A program made the translations under genes and the position numbers. The notes under the pieces are model-generated. The model saw nothing but the letters and a program-made list of their open reading frames with translations. It made no database searches and was not told where the DNA came from. Positions 21,007-31,000 of a stretch of DNA of 64,000 nt are shown one piece after another (position 1 is the first letter of the stretch; each line of letters starts with the position of its first letter). Source of the stretch: Waterburya sp. (GTDB lineage Bacteria > Cyanobacteriota > Cyanobacteriia > Cyanobacteriales > Xenococcaceae); NCBI GenBank assembly GCA_965217895.1, contig CBDCJV010000002.1:4832001-4896000 (forward strand), given 5' to 3'.

Positions 21007-21036
21007 ACCAATCTTTTATCATTTATTTCTTGCTTA

Positions 21037-21057
21037 TTGACAATGATAATGTTCTCA
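21037..21057. promoter_or_regulatory. Candidate Fur box upstream of fur
   Basis: GACAATGATAAT matches 11 of the first 12 nt of GATAATGATAATCATTATC; about 30 bp from the fur start. Confidence 0.4.
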
Positions 21058-21273
21058 CGCAAGCTTTGCAATAAAGTTTAGTTACAGCAATTTTTCTGAG
21101 AAAAGCTAGCAATTTAACCAAAATAAAAACGATTATTATAGTCATTCCAATTAAGTTCCTCATGATTGGCTGGTCAGAAGTCACAAAGGACTTGTCCGCA
21201 TGTAGTCAGAAGAATTTGAGGTACTTACAAAATTTCCCCTTTTTCGTATGGTTTCTATTTGCGAGTGACAGAT

Positions 21274-22238
21274 TATACTAAATCCGATTTATAAAGTATG
21301 TAAACAACAAGCGTTTTTTAGCCAATGATAGTTAGTCAATTTACGAACTTCATCTTTCATTTCACTGACTACACAACAACGCTCAACTAAAATGTCCTCT
21401 ATCTCATTGATAGTTTCAAAATATTGATTTACCAGAGGTTCATCTACTAACTGCCATAACCTTTCGGCTGGCTGTAACTCTGGAGAATAAGGAGGTAAAA
21501 AATCAATCTTTATTCCCTCTGGAATAATCGCTTTTTTGCTGTGATGCCATCCTGCATTATCTTCTATCAAAAGAATTTTTTTTGATTATTAATTCCAGCA
21601 TCAATAGCAAACTGTTGATAAACCAGATTCAGCCAATTTGTATTAACTCTGGGAATTAGATACCATAAAGTTTCTCCAGTTTTTGGCTTAACGAACCCAT
21701 AAACATACAATCATTCGTATCGATGTTGTACTATTGCTTCTGGTCGATGACCAACTTTTGACCAAACCTTTTTTAGTATTGGTTTTAATCCTACTCTATG
21801 CTCGTCGAAAAACCACAGTTCTACCTCCACATCTGGATTTTCTTGTTCAAGTTGCTTAAGTTTCAATGGCAAGTTACTTTTGAACATCTCTTGCTCTAAT
21901 TTATTGGCTTTTTTATGTGTTGGTCTTGGACTTTGCCAAGAGTAACCGCACTTTTTTAAGTAGTCCCATCCTCTCTGATTCCCGACTTTTTCTCTGCCCG
22001 TTTCTTTTTCAATCCAGCGAGCTACCTTAGTTCCTGTCCAGATTCCTCCGTCTGGTAACTCTTTGGCGATCGCTTTTGTTAGTTTTTCTAATTGTGGTTG
22101 TGATAGTAACCTTTTTTTTCCTCTAACATGATTGCTGGTTTTATTTTGGCAATTTTTGACCCCTTCCTCTCCATAGAGGTTGTACCGACCGAGAATCTTT
22201 TGAGCATAAGAATAAGAACATCCCACAGCGAGCGCTAT
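21274..22238 (-). mobile_element. Defective IS630-family element (5'-truncated transposase pseudogene)
   Basis: WFFDEHRVGLKP, DNAGWH, FLPPYSPELQPAERLW; premature TGA at 21711 (HRYE*LYVYGFV); frameshift in an A8 run near 21576-21583; terminal TATACTAAATCCG at ~21274. Confidence 0.9.
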
Positions 22239-22243
22239 AATTT

Positions 22244-23128
22244 TTACTCTAAAGATATTTCCCGACCGATCTGCTTGAGCTTGTCGGGATTTCTGACACT
22301 ATAAATTGACTGGATACGACCATCGACAATTTCTAGAGTTATCGCGCTATGAATCTTGCCATTTACATACTGGATAATTCCAGGTTGCCTATTGATTTCG
22401 ACTAAGTGCGAAACCAAATTAACATTAGTCAACCATTTGCGCCGAATGGCCAAAAACATCCGAGCTATCTTCCCCGCCCCATGTATTGGCTTGAGGGTTG
22501 CAACTACCTGACCGCCACCATCTGACAAGAAGGTAACATCCTTAGCAAATAACAGTAGCAAATCTTGCAAGTCACCATTGGTAGAAGCCTCTAAAAATTG
22601 GGCTGTAATTTGTTCTTGCTGTGGTCGAGAAACTGGAAAACGAGAACCTTCGGCAACCAAGTGCTGCTTTGCCCGTCGGAGAATTTGGCGACAGTTGGTG
22701 GGACTCTTGCAGACCATGTTACTAATCTCTTCATAATCATATTCAAATACATCGCGGAGCAAAAATACTGCTCGCTCAAGAGGAGATAAACGCTCTAGTA
22801 CAGCTAAAAAGGCGATTGAAAGTGAGTCTGCTAATTCCATCAAATTGCTTGAATTATCGGCTTGTTGTGTTAACATCGGTTCTGGTAGCCAGGTACCAAC
22901 GTATTGTTCTCGTCGAACGCGAGCGGAGCGTAAATAATCGATGCAGAGACGAGTAATGATGGTAGCTAAATAAGTTTTTGCCGAACGCACCGTTTCGTTG
23001 GCTGTTTGATGCCAGCGTAGAAAAGTTTCTTGTACCATATCCTCAGCATCGGTTACAGTGCCGAGCATTCGATAGGCGATCAAGAACAGCAGCGGACGAT
23101 GTTCATTAAAATCATCGAGAGAACTCAT
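22244..23128 (-). CDS. ECF41 (SigJ-like) sigma-70 factor with SnoaL-like C-terminal extension
   Basis: DAEDMVQETFLRW, YVGTWLPEP, SDGGG, NPDKL signature motifs. Confidence 0.93.
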   Translation of the reverse strand: MSSLDDFNEHRPLLFLIAYRMLGTVTDAEDMVQETFLRWHQTANETVRSAKTYLATIITRLCIDYLRSARVRREQYVGTWLPEPMLTQQADNSSNLMELADSLSIAFLAVLERLSPLERAVFLLRDVFEYDYEEISNMVCKSPTNCRQILRRAKQHLVAEGSRFPVSRPQQEQITAQFLEASTNGDLQDLLLLFAKDVTFLSDGGGQVVATLKPIHGAGKIARMFLAIRRKWLTNVNLVSHLVEINRQPGIIQYVNGKIHSAITLEIVDGRIQSIYSVRNPDKLKQIGREISLE

Positions 23129-23532
23129 AAGACCTTCTCCGATTGCTGGGATGTTTTTAATACCTGTATGCTAATCCAACATCCCAATCCATCAACAATT
23201 AATATGACAATAGCTGTAACTTGGAATAGAATTCCCCAGCCTATAAAGGAGACTTGCGAAACGTGGTCTGGGCTAATGACAATAAAATGATTGTAAAGAC
23301 CAAACAAGAACGAGCCACCTATCGAACCGAGTAAGAGCCAACTACCAAGACGATAAAATTGTGTCCAGAGTAGAACGACTGCAACGAGCGGTATCAAAAA
23401 AATCACAATACCTACAAACGAACTTTGAAGCAAAGAAAGGGCAACTGGAATTTTTATATGTGCTAAGCCGTGTAGTCCGTTGGCGATCGCATGAAAAACT
23501 GCGATCGCTGTTCCAGATTGAGCAATTTTCAT
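23125..23532 (-). CDS. 4-TM membrane protein with conserved-looking His residues, coupled to the sigma gene
   Basis: Hydrophobic ORF; 4-bp overlap with the sigma start (ATGA). Confidence 0.75.
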   Translation of the reverse strand: MKIAQSGTAIAVFHAIANGLHGLAHIKIPVALSLLQSSFVGIVIFLIPLVAVVLLWTQFYRLGSWLLLGSIGGSFLFGLYNHFIVISPDHVSQVSFIGWGILFQVTAIVILIVDGLGCWISIQVLKTSQQSEKVL

Positions 23533-23606
23533 TTTTCTGCTTGCTAAGTAAAAAACTACAAAAGATTAATTGTCAATTTATGCTTTACCATGAGGTGCAT
23601 TCCCTT

Positions 23607-23701
23607 GCGTCTTACGCCGAACGGCACTCACGTGCCATCGCCTGCTTCGCAGGCTCTGAGGCGTTAGCCTCTGTGGGTCAGCTCATGAAATCAGCAACGC
23701 C
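23607..23701. repeat. HIP1-splitting small dispersed repeat plus solo MITE-type terminal repeat
   Basis: GCG-[27-nt hairpin insert]-ATCGC at 23607-23641; TCAGCAACGCC at 23691-23701 resembles the TIR of the 61089 MITE. Confidence 0.5.
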
Positions 23702-23772
23702 TAATTTAATTGTGAGGGCTGCACATGAGCAGCTTTAATTAATTCCTGTTGATGGAGTGTCGTTATAGGCAA

Positions 23773-25332
23773 TCATGTACTGACAGCTTGGGGCGTTTGT
23801 TCGGGACTGTGCCTTACGCCTTTAATTAAATCGGCTGCTTTTTCGCCGATCGCAATTGTGGGCGCGTTGGTATGTCCCGTAATTATAGTTGGCATAATTG
23901 AAGCATCGACGACCCGCAAACCCTCAACCCCATATACACGAAGTTCTGGATCTACAACCGCCATTGGGTCGTTTCCCATCTTGCAGGTGCCAACTGGATG
24001 GAACAACATACCACAAACTTCCCGAATGTAAGCTTCGAGAGCTTCATCGCTACTTACGTCAGCATTAGGGGCAACTTCTCTGCCTCGAAACTCATCAAAA
24101 GCACTGGTATCAAACAAATTGCGGATTAATTTTACTCCTTCAATCAGCTTTTGTATATCGCATTGACTTTGAAGATAGTTCAGGCGAATTATTGGTGCGT
24201 CTTGGGGATCTGGCGATCGCAAACTGACACTACCAATGTTTTGGGGATGAGTCAAAGCAACTATACCCGTGAACCCCAAACTAGAGTGAGCAGAGCCAGG
24301 AGGTGTCAACACAATAGGACCGAAGAACAGCTCTAAATCTGGTGTAACCTCCAGATTACCCTCACTATGCAAAAACAATCCAGCTTCGGCAATCCCATTA
24401 CTAGTAGTTGCTGTATGCAAATCCTGAGTGGCTTCGTAGGTCACAGGAACGAGAATATGGTCTTGGAGATTTTGACCGACACCTGGCAAGTCAACAACGA
24501 CAGGAATCCCTAATGCTTGTAGTTGTTCTTTATTACCAATACCTGAAAGCATCAGCAACTTGGGCGAATCAAACGCGCCAGCACTTAAAATCACTTCCCG
24601 ATTGACTTTAACCTGATGTAGCGTTCCGCCCTGCTGATATTCCACGCCAACAGTGCGGTTGTCCTCAAACAATAACCGAGTTACTAATGCTCCAGTAATT
24701 GTTGCCAAATTAGGACGCTCCAGAATTGGGAGGAGGAATGCTGCTGCTGCACTGTGACGCTTACCATCTTTGACAGTAAACTGAAAATATCCTGCACCCT
24801 CTTGCTGTATGCCGTTGAAATCAGGATTACGGTCGTATCCTAATGCCACCGCTGCATCTACAAATTTTTGGGAGATTGGAGCGGGGGAAATAATATCGGT
24901 CACGCTCAATTCGCCATTAACACCGTGGTATGCGTCAGCACCCCGTTGCTGGTTCTCGGATTTCTTGAAATAGGGCAATACATCTTGGTAACTCCAACTA
25001 GGATTACCTAATGACTCCCAGTGGTCGTAATCACGATAGTTGCCTCTTGTATAGAGCAAGAAATTAATCGAACTGCTGCCACCCAAGACTTTGCCACGGG
25101 GACAAAAGATTTTGCGGTTGTTTAGATACGGTTCTGGTTCAGAGAAGTATCCCCAGTCTACTTCGCTACCTAATAGGTGGGTGCATTCTAAAGGAATTTG
25201 AATCTCTGGTTTCGTATCTCGATTGCCAGCTTCGAGCAACAACACGGTTGTTTCACTGTCTTCTGTCAAACGGTTGGCGACAACGCAACCTGCCGAACCT
25301 GCACCAATTACAATATAGTCATATTGAGTCAT
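23773..25332 (-). CDS. GMC-family FAD oxidoreductase
   Basis: IGAGSAGC, RGKVLGGSSSIN, VGQNLQDH, FHPVGTCKMG, GHTNAP. Confidence 0.93.
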   Translation of the reverse strand: MTQYDYIVIGAGSAGCVVANRLTEDSETTVLLLEAGNRDTKPEIQIPLECTHLLGSEVDWGYFSEPEPYLNNRKIFCPRGKVLGGSSSINFLLYTRGNYRDYDHWESLGNPSWSYQDVLPYFKKSENQQRGADAYHGVNGELSVTDIISPAPISQKFVDAAVALGYDRNPDFNGIQQEGAGYFQFTVKDGKRHSAAAAFLLPILERPNLATITGALVTRLLFEDNRTVGVEYQQGGTLHQVKVNREVILSAGAFDSPKLLMLSGIGNKEQLQALGIPVVVDLPGVGQNLQDHILVPVTYEATQDLHTATTSNGIAEAGLFLHSEGNLEVTPDLELFFGPIVLTPPGSAHSSLGFTGIVALTHPQNIGSVSLRSPDPQDAPIIRLNYLQSQCDIQKLIEGVKLIRNLFDTSAFDEFRGREVAPNADVSSDEALEAYIREVCGMLFHPVGTCKMGNDPMAVVDPELRVYGVEGLRVVDASIMPTIITGHTNAPTIAIGEKAADLIKGVRHSPEQTPQAVST

Positions 25333-25354
25333 GATTCTTGCTCCAAATTATTAA

Positions 25355-26290
25355 CTAGGATGAGTAATTGAGAGTTCCAACGAGCCATTCCAAAGGTCGA
25401 GGTTGAAAGTCTAGTTCGCGTTTTGCTTTAGCATTGGATGCGCCTCGCATCTGAGTACCGTAGTAGACGGCATCGGCACCACCAATCTGCAAAGCTTCTT
25501 TAACTGATATTTGCGGAGGTGAAGGAGCATTGAGCCATCGGGCATAAGCAGGCAGCCACTGGCTTACTTCAAAAGGTCGATCGTCAGTAATCTGGTAAAT
25601 GCCAGGATTACCCCGTTCTACTGCTGCAACTGTGGCGATCGCTGCATCTTCGATATGTAACCACGACCATACGCCTTCGCCATTACCGACAATTGGAAAC
25701 TGCTTCTGTCGCACCTGATTAGCAACGTCGCCATCGGCAGCAAACCAAGTACCAGATCCGTAAAAGAAGCCGTACCGTAGAATAATTCCTTCTAGGTTGG
25801 GCGTTTCAAGTAAACTATGCTCTATTTCAGTTACCGTGCGAACATCTGCCTTAACCGCGGGCGAAGCATCCAAAGCTAGTGGTGTTTCCTCGTCCGCCAA
25901 ACCTTTACCAGGAACTCCCCAGAATGCGATCGACTGCCTCAGATAGCGACGCACGCCAGATACTTGGGCTGCTGCCAACACATTAGCACCCCCCTCTAGA
26001 CGAATACGCTGGCTCAGTGGTGCAGCAGCACTCATCGACTCACCAGTATAGGTTTTGGGCAGAGCGGTAAGTTGCTCGATTACCACTTCTGGCTGAGCGC
26101 GAATCACAGCAGCTTTAACGGCATCAGTATCGAACACATCGGCGATCGCTGATTTTACACCCTGTTGATTTAAATTATTAGCTTTTTCTTGAGAACGGGT
26201 TAGAGCCGTTACATTGTGTCCTTGGGCAAGTAATTGTGCCAGTAGCGGACGACCGATTGCCCCAGTCGCTCCCGCAACAAAAATCTTCAT
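25355..26290 (-). CDS. NAD(P)-dependent epimerase/dehydratase (atypical SDR)
   Basis: VAGATGAIG, LRYGFFYG, WLHIEDAA, SNAKAKREL. Confidence 0.9.
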   Translation of the reverse strand: MKIFVAGATGAIGRPLLAQLLAQGHNVTALTRSQEKANNLNQQGVKSAIADVFDTDAVKAAVIRAQPEVVIEQLTALPKTYTGESMSAAAPLSQRIRLEGGANVLAAAQVSGVRRYLRQSIAFWGVPGKGLADEETPLALDASPAVKADVRTVTEIEHSLLETPNLEGIILRYGFFYGSGTWFAADGDVANQVRQKQFPIVGNGEGVWSWLHIEDAAIATVAAVERGNPGIYQITDDRPFEVSQWLPAYARWLNAPSPPQISVKEALQIGGADAVYYGTQMRGASNAKAKRELDFQPRPLEWLVGTLNYSS

Positions 26291-26329
26291 CTGTAAACCT
26301 CTTGAGGTATTTGAACCATCTACAGATAA

Positions 26330-26356
26330 GACGATAGAGCATCATTTTTTGTGACA
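26330..26356 (-). promoter_or_regulatory. ECF41-type promoter TGTCACA-N16-CGTC
   Basis: Minus strand reads TGTCACA aaaaatgatgctctat CGTC, 40 bp upstream of the first gene of the ECF41 operon. Confidence 0.88.
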
Positions 26357-26361
26357 GTATG

Positions 26362-26393
26362 CTGTCTCTCTTCTGTCTCTCTTCTGTCTCTCT
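26362..26393. repeat. 11-bp tandem repeat (CTGTCTCTCTT), about 3 copies
   Basis: Seen directly, just upstream of the ECF41 promoter. Confidence 0.8.
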
Positions 26394-26458
26394 AAGCAGA
26401 AAAACAAGAAAAATTATCCCAAATATAGATTAAATAAATTGATATTGGACGTAATTGG

Positions 26459-27151
26459 TTATTTAAGGCGGTGGCGATATAAATTACTCAGTTTATCGGC
26501 AGGGATGCCCAAATAATACCCTGCAATTACTAGTTGATTGATTAAAGTTGTTTGCCAAACTCCTAACTTTTGCCAACGCCTACCAGATGTAATTACTTGT
26601 GCAGGAGCGATCGCAATTTTTCCCTGACGTTTAAGTCGCTGTACTAGCTCAAAGTCTTCCATGATTGCTAAATCAGCAAATCCCCCCACCTCTTCAAACG
26701 TCTGTTTTTTCAGAAAAATTGCCTGATCTCCATAGGGTAAAGACAACAGACGCGATCGCATTTTGACCATGATTTCAATCCAGCGGAGGGATTTGTCTGT
26801 TCCTGCGATCGTCAATTCAAACGCTCCTGCAATCACTCCAGGTTGTTTTAGAGTGTGGACGGCAAAATAATTAAAATCTAAAGGTAGTTGAGTGTCTGCA
26901 TGGAGAAATAATACAATATCGCCTTGGGCAATAGCTGCGCCTGCATTCATTTGGGCTGCTCGTCCTTTACCTGCTACCGTAAGCACTTTAGCCCCTGTTT
27001 GCTGTGCTAGAGCTACAGTATTGTCCTGACTTCCCCCGTCAATTACAATGATCTCGACACCAGAATTTTCTTGAAGTCGCCCTACAGTTTGTTGAATAAT
27101 CCCTGCTTCGTTAAGAACTGGGATAATAATGCTAATAGTATATTGGGTCAT
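26459..27151 (-). CDS. GT2 glycosyltransferase, TIGR04283-like
   Basis: SIIIPVLNE, DGGSQD, GRAAQMNAGA, LFLHADT, LPYGDQAIF, IMEDFEL, TSGRRW. Confidence 0.88.
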   Translation of the reverse strand: MTQYTISIIIPVLNEAGIIQQTVGRLQENSGVEIIVIDGGSQDNTVALAQQTGAKVLTVAGKGRAAQMNAGAAIAQGDIVLFLHADTQLPLDFNYFAVHTLKQPGVIAGAFELTIAGTDKSLRWIEIMVKMRSRLLSLPYGDQAIFLKKQTFEEVGGFADLAIMEDFELVQRLKRQGKIAIAPAQVITSGRRWQKLGVWQTTLINQLVIAGYYLGIPADKLSNLYRHRLK

Positions 27152-27160
27152 ATTTTAAAG

Positions 27161-27982
27161 ATGAGGGGCAAATCAGCTTTTAACGATCGATTCTTTAAGT
27201 TGGATCTAATTAAGCATCAGCTAGTAAACAGCTTGTTAATTTTATTAGTTTTGCTAATGATGTTTAGTGCTGACTCTGTATTGGCAGCACCGATTGCAGA
27301 GCGTCTGCAACAATTCCCTCAGTGGCACGATAAACCACCAGTACAGCTTGCTAAAGGAGATTTAGAATACCCTGAGTGGATGGCTGGAACATGGAACGTA
27401 GAAAGCACATTAATCGAAAAAATAGCTCCTCTTGCCCCAGAGATTGTCACTCCTGGCTTTGAAGATAACAATAATTATCTCAATCAGGCGATCGCTTTTC
27501 AGGTTAGATTTGGTACAGAATACTATTCTCCCCCCACAGGGTTATTCTCGAAGTTTAATTCTTCTCCACCATTTGTAGTAGCAGATAGAGCATTTAACGG
27601 TAAAAAAATTGCCCAGGCATATTTAGGAGATGACAACGTTTATCAGGTAAAAATCGATCCTAATAATGCCAATCAGCAGATTACTTTTTTGCGGGGTGAA
27701 CGCAAGCTTATCTCTAAAATAACAGGACGAGCAAAAGAAATTCCTAGTCAGGAGCAATTTATTGCTACCGAAGTTACTCAGCAGCTATTTAGATCTCCTC
27801 AAAGACTCTATTTAAATGAAGTAGAAACCACTTCTAACTATCATTTATTAGACTCAGAAAACATTAGTGCCGAGCAAATTACGGCTATTTATCTTTCTCC
27901 TCAAGATCCTGATTATTTTAGAGCAGGCGATCGTCCTGTGGCACTATATCGCTATCACTTAAATTTATTTAAAGAGTCTTAA
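27161..27982 (+). CDS. Conserved cyanobacterial exported protein (DUF6816-like); start uncertain
   Basis: Signal-like hydrophobic stretch, GDLEYPEWMAGTW, YLSPQDPDYF. Confidence 0.65.
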   Translation: MRGKSAFNDRFFKLDLIKHQLVNSLLILLVLLMMFSADSVLAAPIAERLQQFPQWHDKPPVQLAKGDLEYPEWMAGTWNVESTLIEKIAPLAPEIVTPGFEDNNNYLNQAIAFQVRFGTEYYSPPTGLFSKFNSSPPFVVADRAFNGKKIAQAYLGDDNVYQVKIDPNNANQQITFLRGERKLISKITGRAKEIPSQEQFIATEVTQQLFRSPQRLYLNEVETTSNYHLLDSENISAEQITAIYLSPQDPDYFRAGDRPVALYRYHLNLFKES

Positions 27983-28010
27983 TAATTATCAATTATCAGT
28001 GACTTAATAT

Positions 28011-28652
28011 TCATCTTCCTAAATCATGCAGAGAATTGATTACAGTAGCGCATCGATCTGTCACGGCTTGCAAATCTTCTTTGTTCAAGGTTGCTGGCGG
28101 TGCGATCGCCTCACCAATACGTACAGTTATGGGTACAGATTTTGGGAAAGATGAACCTTTAGTTAATATTTTTTCTGTTCCCCAGAGGCTGACAGGTAGC
28201 AGAGGAACTTGAGCCTTACAGGCAATCCAGGCTGCTCCTCTTTTGGGGTCGGTAATTCTGGCATCAGCAGCGCGAGTTCCCTGCAAGAAAATCGCCGCTA
28301 TCCAGCCTGATTCCATAGCTTTTAGGGCTGCACGTAAAGCTGTGCGATCGCCTGAACTGCGTTTAACGGGATATGCACCATAAAGCTTAATTCCCTGCTT
28401 AAATACTGGAATTTTGAATAATTCTTCCTTTGCCATAAATGCCACGGGACGACCAACACAGTTAGAAATAATTGGCGGATCGAAATAGCTAGCGTGGTTG
28501 CTGACAAGAATTAAACCACCAGACTGAGGTACTTTTTCCGCCCCATAGATCTTAATTCGAAAATAAGTATGCAATAAAGGACTAACTACCGACCATTTCA
28601 ACAAATGATATAGTGCTAAACTCGCGAACGGCTCTCTATTTTTCCCTTCCAC
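28011..28652 (-). CDS. plsC: 1-acyl-sn-glycerol-3-phosphate acyltransferase
   Basis: SNHASYFDPP, FMAKEELF, IFLQGTR. Confidence 0.9.
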   Translation of the reverse strand: MEGKNREPFASLALYHLLKWSVVSPLLHTYFRIKIYGAEKVPQSGGLILVSNHASYFDPPIISNCVGRPVAFMAKEELFKIPVFKQGIKLYGAYPVKRSSGDRTALRAALKAMESGWIAAIFLQGTRAADARITDPKRGAAWIACKAQVPLLPVSLWGTEKILTKGSSFPKSVPITVRIGEAIAPPATLNKEDLQAVTDRCATVINSLHDLGR

Positions 28653-28767
28653 AAACTTATCTCAATTAATAACTTGTTAACTTCTAACTATATCTTTTCT
28701 TGGGATGACAAAGACAGCAAACAACCATTTGTCTTTATGGTTTTTGGTTTGGGGACGACAACAAAGA

Positions 28768-28792
28768 GGGCAAATAGCCATTTGCCCCTACA
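28768..28792. repeat. REP-like palindrome (GTAGGGGC family)
   Basis: gggcaaatagccatttgcccctaca. Confidence 0.7.
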
Positions 28793-28793
28793 G

Positions 28794-29645
28794 TTATTGT
28801 TTTTCTGCCTTTTCTTCTTTAACTATTTCAGCTTTTTTAATACCTTGAACTAACTGTTCCATTTCATCGCCAATTTGATCTTTATATTGCTCTGGTGCAG
28901 CAATGTAGGCTTTTTCGAGGATTGGTTTTGCTGCTATTAAATCGCCTTGTTTTCTTAAAACTAGAGCTTTTGCCAAAATTGGACGAAAATCGTCTTCGTT
29001 TGCTTTAGCTAGCTTATCGTAAAGAGCGATCGCCTCAGTGTATCTTTCTTGATTGGTATAAAGCTCTCCTAATAGTAATTCCACTGAATCTCGATCAATA
29101 GAGTCAGCCTTGGGGCTATCATTGCTTGCTACTCCGATAGTTTTCTTTAATAGAGCGATCGCTCTTTCGGGCAAGTCTTGAGCTAGATATAGATTAGTTA
29201 TTCCCCCCAAGGCATATACATCTCCTGGATGTTCGGCTAAAATTTGGCTGTATGCTGCTGCTGCTCCTTCATAGTCTTCAATTTGTTGCTTTGCTTGAGC
29301 TAAGAGGACTCCATATTGTGTTTGCTCTGAGTTAAGTTTCGCTAATTTTTCTAAAGGCGCGATCGCCCCTGGAATATCTTTTTGCTGTAGCTTAATTTTT
29401 AACAAGCCGCTTAAAGCAGTGTTGTTATCAGGTTCTCTTTCCAAGACTTTTTGATAGCCAGAAGCTTCGGCTTCTAGCTTGGCTAATTCTTGCTGAGAAA
29501 GTACAACCACCTCACTGTTAGGATTTCTATCAAACTTTGTACCTTCGACAACGCTTCCTACTAAAGGAAGAGCCGAAACAGTGATCAGGGAAAATAACAT
29601 TACCCCCAAAACTAGATAAATCCAACTACTACGCTTTTTTTTCAT
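28794..29645 (-). CDS. Membrane-anchored TPR protein
   Basis: N-terminal TM helix then TPR-like helical repeats. Confidence 0.85.
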   Translation of the reverse strand: MKKKRSSWIYLVLGVMLFSLITVSALPLVGSVVEGTKFDRNPNSEVVVLSQQELAKLEAEASGYQKVLEREPDNNTALSGLLKIKLQQKDIPGAIAPLEKLAKLNSEQTQYGVLLAQAKQQIEDYEGAAAAYSQILAEHPGDVYALGGITNLYLAQDLPERAIALLKKTIGVASNDSPKADSIDRDSVELLLGELYTNQERYTEAIALYDKLAKANEDDFRPILAKALVLRKQGDLIAAKPILEKAYIAAPEQYKDQIGDEMEQLVQGIKKAEIVKEEKAEKQ

Positions 29646-29856
29646 GCTCTTATCACTAAATTAAGATCGGCAGATTATACTTGACTTGTTTGCTATAGTC
29701 ACCGTGTCGCTTCTAGTATGGTTTATCCTCAACCATAAAGCCAATAGTACAGGCTGTATTTAGCTGATAAAAACTGCGAGTTATTCTAGCTTCCATGAGA
29801 ATATAAAAGATGATCTCTCTTACTATTGAATAATATTTCTGCTATTTATTCTCTTA

Positions 29857-30663
29857 ATGAATTTGGCTAAAAATAATTCTCTTAAAAAATCAGATCCACT
29901 TTTTACTGCTGCCAATCAATCTGCCGAGTCAATCATGTCTAATCAATCTCAAGATTCTGCCTTACCTACTTCCTCCGCTCAATCTAGTCCCGAAAGACAT
30001 CAACCAATTCCACCTCCTTCCCATCCTCGACAGTATCGGGCTATTGGCTTGATTCAAGCTAAATATCAGCAAAGTGCAGAACAGATGACCCAAGGTACTT
30101 TGATCACTACAGACGGAGCAGAAATCGAGGCTGTTCTATTAGGTCGGCTGATCAGCCTGATTAAAAACCATCTAGATTTAGAACAAGAGCATTTGTGGGT
30201 GGTTTATCCACGAACCAAGACAAACGAAGATCGTCTCCACGTGCAAATTGTCGGCGTTTGGGAACCAGAAACCCTCAGCCAAGATGGAGATCAGGCAGAA
30301 ATAACTGGCGAAGAAGCCGAACATGGTTATTTTTCGATTAGGGGCGAGGTAATTTTTTACTCAACTGAAGAAAACCACGTAATTGTGAAGATTAAGCAGT
30401 TTCCTCGCAAGGAAGGAGAAAAGCCTAAGTTCTTTAAACTCAAATTACAGGGTATTCCAGGAGAAAAGCCCTTAAAGCGTTTTTGGGATTTAAAAGTTCG
30501 TTTGGAACAAGAAAATTTAATTATTGAATCGGGAACAGATTTAGGCTTTGCTCAAAAACGCAAACCAAAATTTAAAAAAGATTCCAAAAAGATTCAGCTT
30601 AAGTCTTCTAGAGTAAGTAAGCCCAGTCCTACTGCTCGACCAAAACCGAAGAAAAAGAATTGA
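29857..30663 (+). CDS. Conserved cyanobacterial hypothetical protein
   Basis: PIPPPSHPRQYRAIGL, HLWVVYPRT, QIVGVWEP, FSIRGEV; basic tail. Confidence 0.75.
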   Translation: MNLAKNNSLKKSDPLFTAANQSAESIMSNQSQDSALPTSSAQSSPERHQPIPPPSHPRQYRAIGLIQAKYQQSAEQMTQGTLITTDGAEIEAVLLGRLISLIKNHLDLEQEHLWVVYPRTKTNEDRLHVQIVGVWEPETLSQDGDQAEITGEEAEHGYFSIRGEVIFYSTEENHVIVKIKQFPRKEGEKPKFFKLKLQGIPGEKPLKRFWDLKVRLEQENLIIESGTDLGFAQKRKPKFKKDSKKIQLKSSRVSKPSPTARPKPKKKN

Positions 30664-30806
30664 TATACGGAAGTAAGGATTTGTATTAGGCTTTTTTAAT
30701 ACGTGGTCGTTGGGATGCACGAGTTTTTTGCTTCCCAAAGGCTGCTGCAACCGTTAGCAACAACGATTGAAAATCACTTTGACGTTCATGCTGAACTGAT
30801 ATCGCT

Positions 30807-30965
30807 ACCTGTCTCCAAACATGGAGGCGGGGAAAGTTAAAAGTCTCTGAGATAGAGCTTGCTGTGATACAGAAGTTGCTTTTGCACACAAGTAGGTTTT
30901 CCCTGGCTAACATTCGATTGAGTTCTCGGTACGAAGGCACTTGTCGCCAGACTAGTAGGTAATAG
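30807..30965 (-). pseudogene. IS4-family transposase fragment (frameshifted)
   Basis: LLVWRQVPSYRELNRMLARENLL, then in another frame SVSQQALSQRLLTFPASMF; resembles the N-terminus of cyanobacterial IS4 transposases. Confidence 0.7.
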
Positions 30966-31000
30966 TGTTCCATTCTCGAATCTTAGTTTTTTAGTAAGTT

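Noticed and set aside
21137..21240. Second IS end (TATAGTCATTCCAATTAAG)
   Set aside because: No partner inverted repeat or coding remnant found
21570..21715. Programmed frameshift giving an active IS630 transposase
   Set aside because: Additional nonsense codon at 21711 and missing 5' end indicate decay
26459..27151. Arsenosugar biosynthesis cluster
   Set aside because: Only the TIGR04283-like GT is present; no arsM or arsS/arsL neighbours
30686..30973. 95-aa ORF as a real gene, or tmRNA/6S RNA in this GC-richer patch
   Set aside because: No tRNA-like ends or tag peptide seen; chimeric frame over a frameshifted IS4 fragment
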